From an uncultured Alphaproteobacteria bacterium (GTDB taxonomy: Bacteria; Pseudomonadota; Alphaproteobacteria; Rhizobiales; Xanthobacteraceae), in the NCBI GenBank assembly GCA_963827585.1, contig CAWHCK010000036.1, positions 31,131-95,130 of the forward strand: DNA of 64,000 nucleotides, in the 5' to 3' direction. Below the pieces are notes generated by a model, which did not search any database, had not been told where the DNA came from, and saw only the letters and a program-made list of their open reading frames with translations. Below are positions 61,882 to 64,000 of the stretch, one piece after another (position 1 is the first letter of the stretch; each line of letters begins with the position of its first letter). The position numbers and the translations under genes are program-made.

Positions 61882-62627
61882 GCGAGCCCGAGAACTTCAT
61901 CGCGCGCTGGTCGCGGCGCAAGCGCGCGGCAGCGGAGGAAGCCGACACGAAAGCTTCCGTCGCGCCGGAGACCGCGGCAGATGGCGCGCGTGCCGGCGAA
62001 GATGAGCGCAAACCAAGCGATGCTCCCAGCGCGCGCAGCGACGCGCGCGAACCGCGCGAGCCCTCGTTCGATCCAACCCAGCTGCCACCGATCGAAACGA
62101 TCACCGCCGAGAGCGACATCCGTGCCTTCCTTGCTCCCGGCGTTCCGCCTGAGCTGACCCGTGCGGCGCTTCGTCGCGCGTGGGCTGCCGATCCCAAGAT
62201 TCGCAACTTCGTCGGCCTTGCCGACTACGACTGGGACTTCAACGCTCCGGGCGCGATCACGGGTTTCGGGTCGCTCGAAATGACCGATGAGCTCCGCCGC
62301 CAGGTCATGCGAATGGTTGGGCGCAGCCTCGGCGCCGACGAGGCCGAGCCGCCCGCTCCCACCTCCACAGCAGTGCCGTCGGAGTCGCCGCCGGTTGAAA
62401 CGTCAATCGAATCGGCTGCCACAACCGGCGAGATGCCCACACAGCAAAGTCAAAGCAGTCGTGGGACATCTCATGACGAGCCGGACGGGCCGGACAATAA
62501 ACCCTACAATTCCGAGCCTTCCGTGCAGCGCGATAAAGAATATGTTGCGACGCAATATAATCCAGCAAAACCCGAAAACGATCAATTGAATGCGAGGCGG
62601 CCGCATGGGCGCGCTTTGCCTAAGTGA
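61878..62627 (+). CDS. DUF3306-like protein with a low-complexity, AT-richer C-terminal extension
   Basis: ATGA overlap. N-terminal FIARWSRRKR and conserved LPPIE.IT.ESD...F...VP..L...ALRR.W..DP.IRNF.GLADYDWDF. Confidence 0.6.
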   Translation: MSEPENFIARWSRRKRAAAEEADTKASVAPETAADGARAGEDERKPSDAPSARSDAREPREPSFDPTQLPPIETITAESDIRAFLAPGVPPELTRAALRRAWAADPKIRNFVGLADYDWDFNAPGAITGFGSLEMTDELRRQVMRMVGRSLGADEAEPPAPTSTAVPSESPPVETSIESAATTGEMPTQQSQSSRGTSHDEPDGPDNKPYNSEPSVQRDKEYVATQYNPAKPENDQLNARRPHGRALPK

Positions 62628-62720
62628 TTACGTGGACTCATAGCCTCGAGCTATTGACCGGAACTCGCCGCCGGCAGTATTTTTCTACAATCGAATTGAA
62701 ATAATAAAGAAAAAGCCCTG

Positions 62721-63524
62721 ATGCGCGATGGCGGTCTTGACGAAGCGATCCGCGTTGCCGGCGGTGTCGGCGCGCTTGCCCGAAAAATTGGCATCTCGCA
62801 GCCGTCGGTCTCGAACTGGTCGCGCATTCCCGCCGAGCGCGTGCTGTCGGTGGAAGCCGCGACCGGCGTGAGCCGTGTCGTTCTGCGGCCCGATCTCTAC
62901 CGCGATCCTTCCGATTTTACCGGCGACGGTGTCGATGTCGGCGATGGCGGTGTCGACGAGGTCGACGCCGCGCGCGCGCAGGAATATGCGCTGCTCTCGG
63001 TGCTGCTCGCGCGCGCCCCCGATGCCGGACTTCTTGCGCGTCTTGCCGCGCTTCGCTGCGATGCGAGCCCGCTCGGACTGGCGCATGCCGGACTCGCTGA
63101 GGCGGCCTCGCGCGCCAAAGTCGAGCGGGTGGAGCGCGAGTATTTCGATCTCTTCATCGGGCTGGGGCGCGGAGAGCTGCTGCCCTACGGATCATACTAC
63201 CTCAGCGGGTTCCTGCACGAGCGGCCGCTCGCGCGCCTGCGCGCGGAGCTCGGCAAGCTCGGCATCGAACGCTCAGTCGGCCAGGCCGAACCCGAAGATC
63301 ATGCGGCGATCCTGTGCGAGATCATGGCGGGGCTAGCGAGCCGCCGCTTCGAGGCTCCTGCCGGCGCCGAGCGCGAATTGTTCGAGCACCATCTCGCTCC
63401 GTGGATCGGCCGCTTCTTCGTCGATCTGGAGCGCGCCGAGGCTGCCGATTTCTACCGGCACGTCGGAACCGTCGGCCGGGTGTTCATGGCCATCGAAACG
63501 GATGCTTTCGTGCTGCCGCCATGA
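62721..63524 (+). CDS. Fusion of a Cro/YdaS-like HTH domain with a TorD/DmsD-family redox-enzyme maturation chaperone
   Basis: N-terminus: GGVGALARKIGISQPSVSNWSRIPAERVLSVEAATGVSRVVLRPDLY. Then a D/G-rich linker, followed by TorD-like EYALLSVLL...EREYFDLFIG...LPYGSYY... Confidence 0.7.
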   Translation: MRDGGLDEAIRVAGGVGALARKIGISQPSVSNWSRIPAERVLSVEAATGVSRVVLRPDLYRDPSDFTGDGVDVGDGGVDEVDAARAQEYALLSVLLARAPDAGLLARLAALRCDASPLGLAHAGLAEAASRAKVERVEREYFDLFIGLGRGELLPYGSYYLSGFLHERPLARLRAELGKLGIERSVGQAEPEDHAAILCEIMAGLASRRFEAPAGAERELFEHHLAPWIGRFFVDLERAEAADFYRHVGTVGRVFMAIETDAFVLPP

Positions 63525-63607
63525 CGGCGGACTGACTGCTGCAACGAGAACAGCAAGTCGCCTGACCGACTTGCCCGAAGACAAGGGGAACACAGGAGGT
63601 AACCGCG

Positions 63608-63814
63608 ATGAAGAAAGAACCCAAAGCAACGCTCGGTCGTCGGGAGTTCCTTCGTACGCTTGGCGCGGGCGCGACGGTCGCGGCGGCGAGTGCCGCGCCG
63701 CTCGCGAGCGACGCGCGCGCCGATACCGAGAGCAACGATGAGAAGCGCAAAGCCCGCTATCGGGAGACCGAAGAAGTGAAGACCTTCTATCGGGTCAACC
63801 GGTATCCGAGCTGA
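63608..63814 (+). CDS. Small twin-arginine-signal protein (formate dehydrogenase region TAT target type)
   Basis: 68 aa: GRREFLRTLGAGATVAAASAAPLA followed by ...KARYRETEEVKTFYRVNRY. Lies immediately upstream of the FDH catalytic subunit. Confidence 0.7.
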   Translation: MKKEPKATLGRREFLRTLGAGATVAAASAAPLASDARADTESNDEKRKARYRETEEVKTFYRVNRYPS

Positions 63815-63825
63815 GGGAGGCACCC

Positions 63826-64000
63826 GTGCTGATCAAGAGAACAGAACGTCAGGCTCGCTGCGGCACGCTCGCCGGCGCGCTGCCAATCCAATCGAACGGC
63901 GGTCTCGATCGCCGCGCGTTCCTGCGCCGCTCCGGCCTCGTCGCCGGCGGCCTCGCCACCCTCGGCGCGCTGCCGCTCGCGAGCGTGCGCAAGGCGGAGG
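63826..64000 (+). CDS. Formate dehydrogenase (FdnG/FdoG-like) catalytic subunit, N-terminal fragment running off the window
   Basis: GTG after GGGAGG. Tat signal LDRRAFLRRSGLVAGGLATLGALPLA. Only about 58 codons are visible, so the family call rests on context and the signal peptide. Confidence 0.55.
   Translation, partial: MLIKRTERQARCGTLAGALPIQSNGGLDRRAFLRRSGLVAGGLATLGALPLASVRKAE

Noticed and set aside
62721-62900. The YdaS/Cro-like HTH as the antitoxin of a TA module.
   Set aside because: There is no small toxin-like partner ORF adjacent. The domain is fused to a TorD chaperone inside a redox-enzyme operon.
63826-64000. Selenocysteine (in-frame TGA plus SECIS) in the formate dehydrogenase.
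   Set aside because: Only the Tat leader (about 58 codons) is inside the window. The relevant codon, if any, lies beyond 64000 and cannot be evaluated.

Overview
High-GC chromosomal segment that looks alphaproteobacterial. The gene order ffh-rpsP-rimM-trmD-rplS-leuC ... leuD ... asd ... leuB plus sdhCDAB, and the intergenic palindromic repeats, are what I associate with Hyphomicrobiales/Bradyrhizobiaceae-type genomes; this is inference from memory, not verified. I call about 65 protein genes. I recognised no rRNA, tRNA, CRISPR array, IS element, integrase or prophage. Content: (i) a DUF4118-type histidine kinase with a KdpE-like regulator; (ii) a split TPP decarboxylase; (iii) eight Bug/TctC-family solute-binding genes but only one tctBA permease pair; (iv) housekeeping genes: the ffh-rplS cluster, leuCDB, asd, sdhCDAB, ndh, sodC; (v) two sulfite-oxidase-fold molybdoenzyme pairs: SorAB-like, and a Tat-lipoprotein with cytochrome b; (vi) the ethylmalonyl-CoA pathway genes mch and an mcl2-like gene; (vii) a putative catabolic island (cupin, TauD, C-C hydrolase-like, ornithine cyclodeaminase-like, SnoaL-like, ACMSD-like amidohydrolase, Bug); (viii) a TusA / MoeA / MoeA-PBP / WD40-cytochrome c block; (ix) from 56.9 kb to the window end, a conserved but functionally uncharacterised gene set next to a Tat-exported formate dehydrogenase. 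That set comprises a large multi-FeS protein, a degenerate BPL/LplA-like protein, two hypothetical proteins, DUF3305-like and DUF3306-like proteins, an HTH-TorD fusion and a small Tat-signal protein. It is my best candidate for an undescribed system. Two window-wide oddities stand out. First, at least 11 single-base reading-frame breaks hit 10 otherwise well-conserved genes, including essential rplS and sdhB; assembly indels are more likely than real pseudogenes. Second, several families of REP-like nested palindromes lie in intergenic regions.
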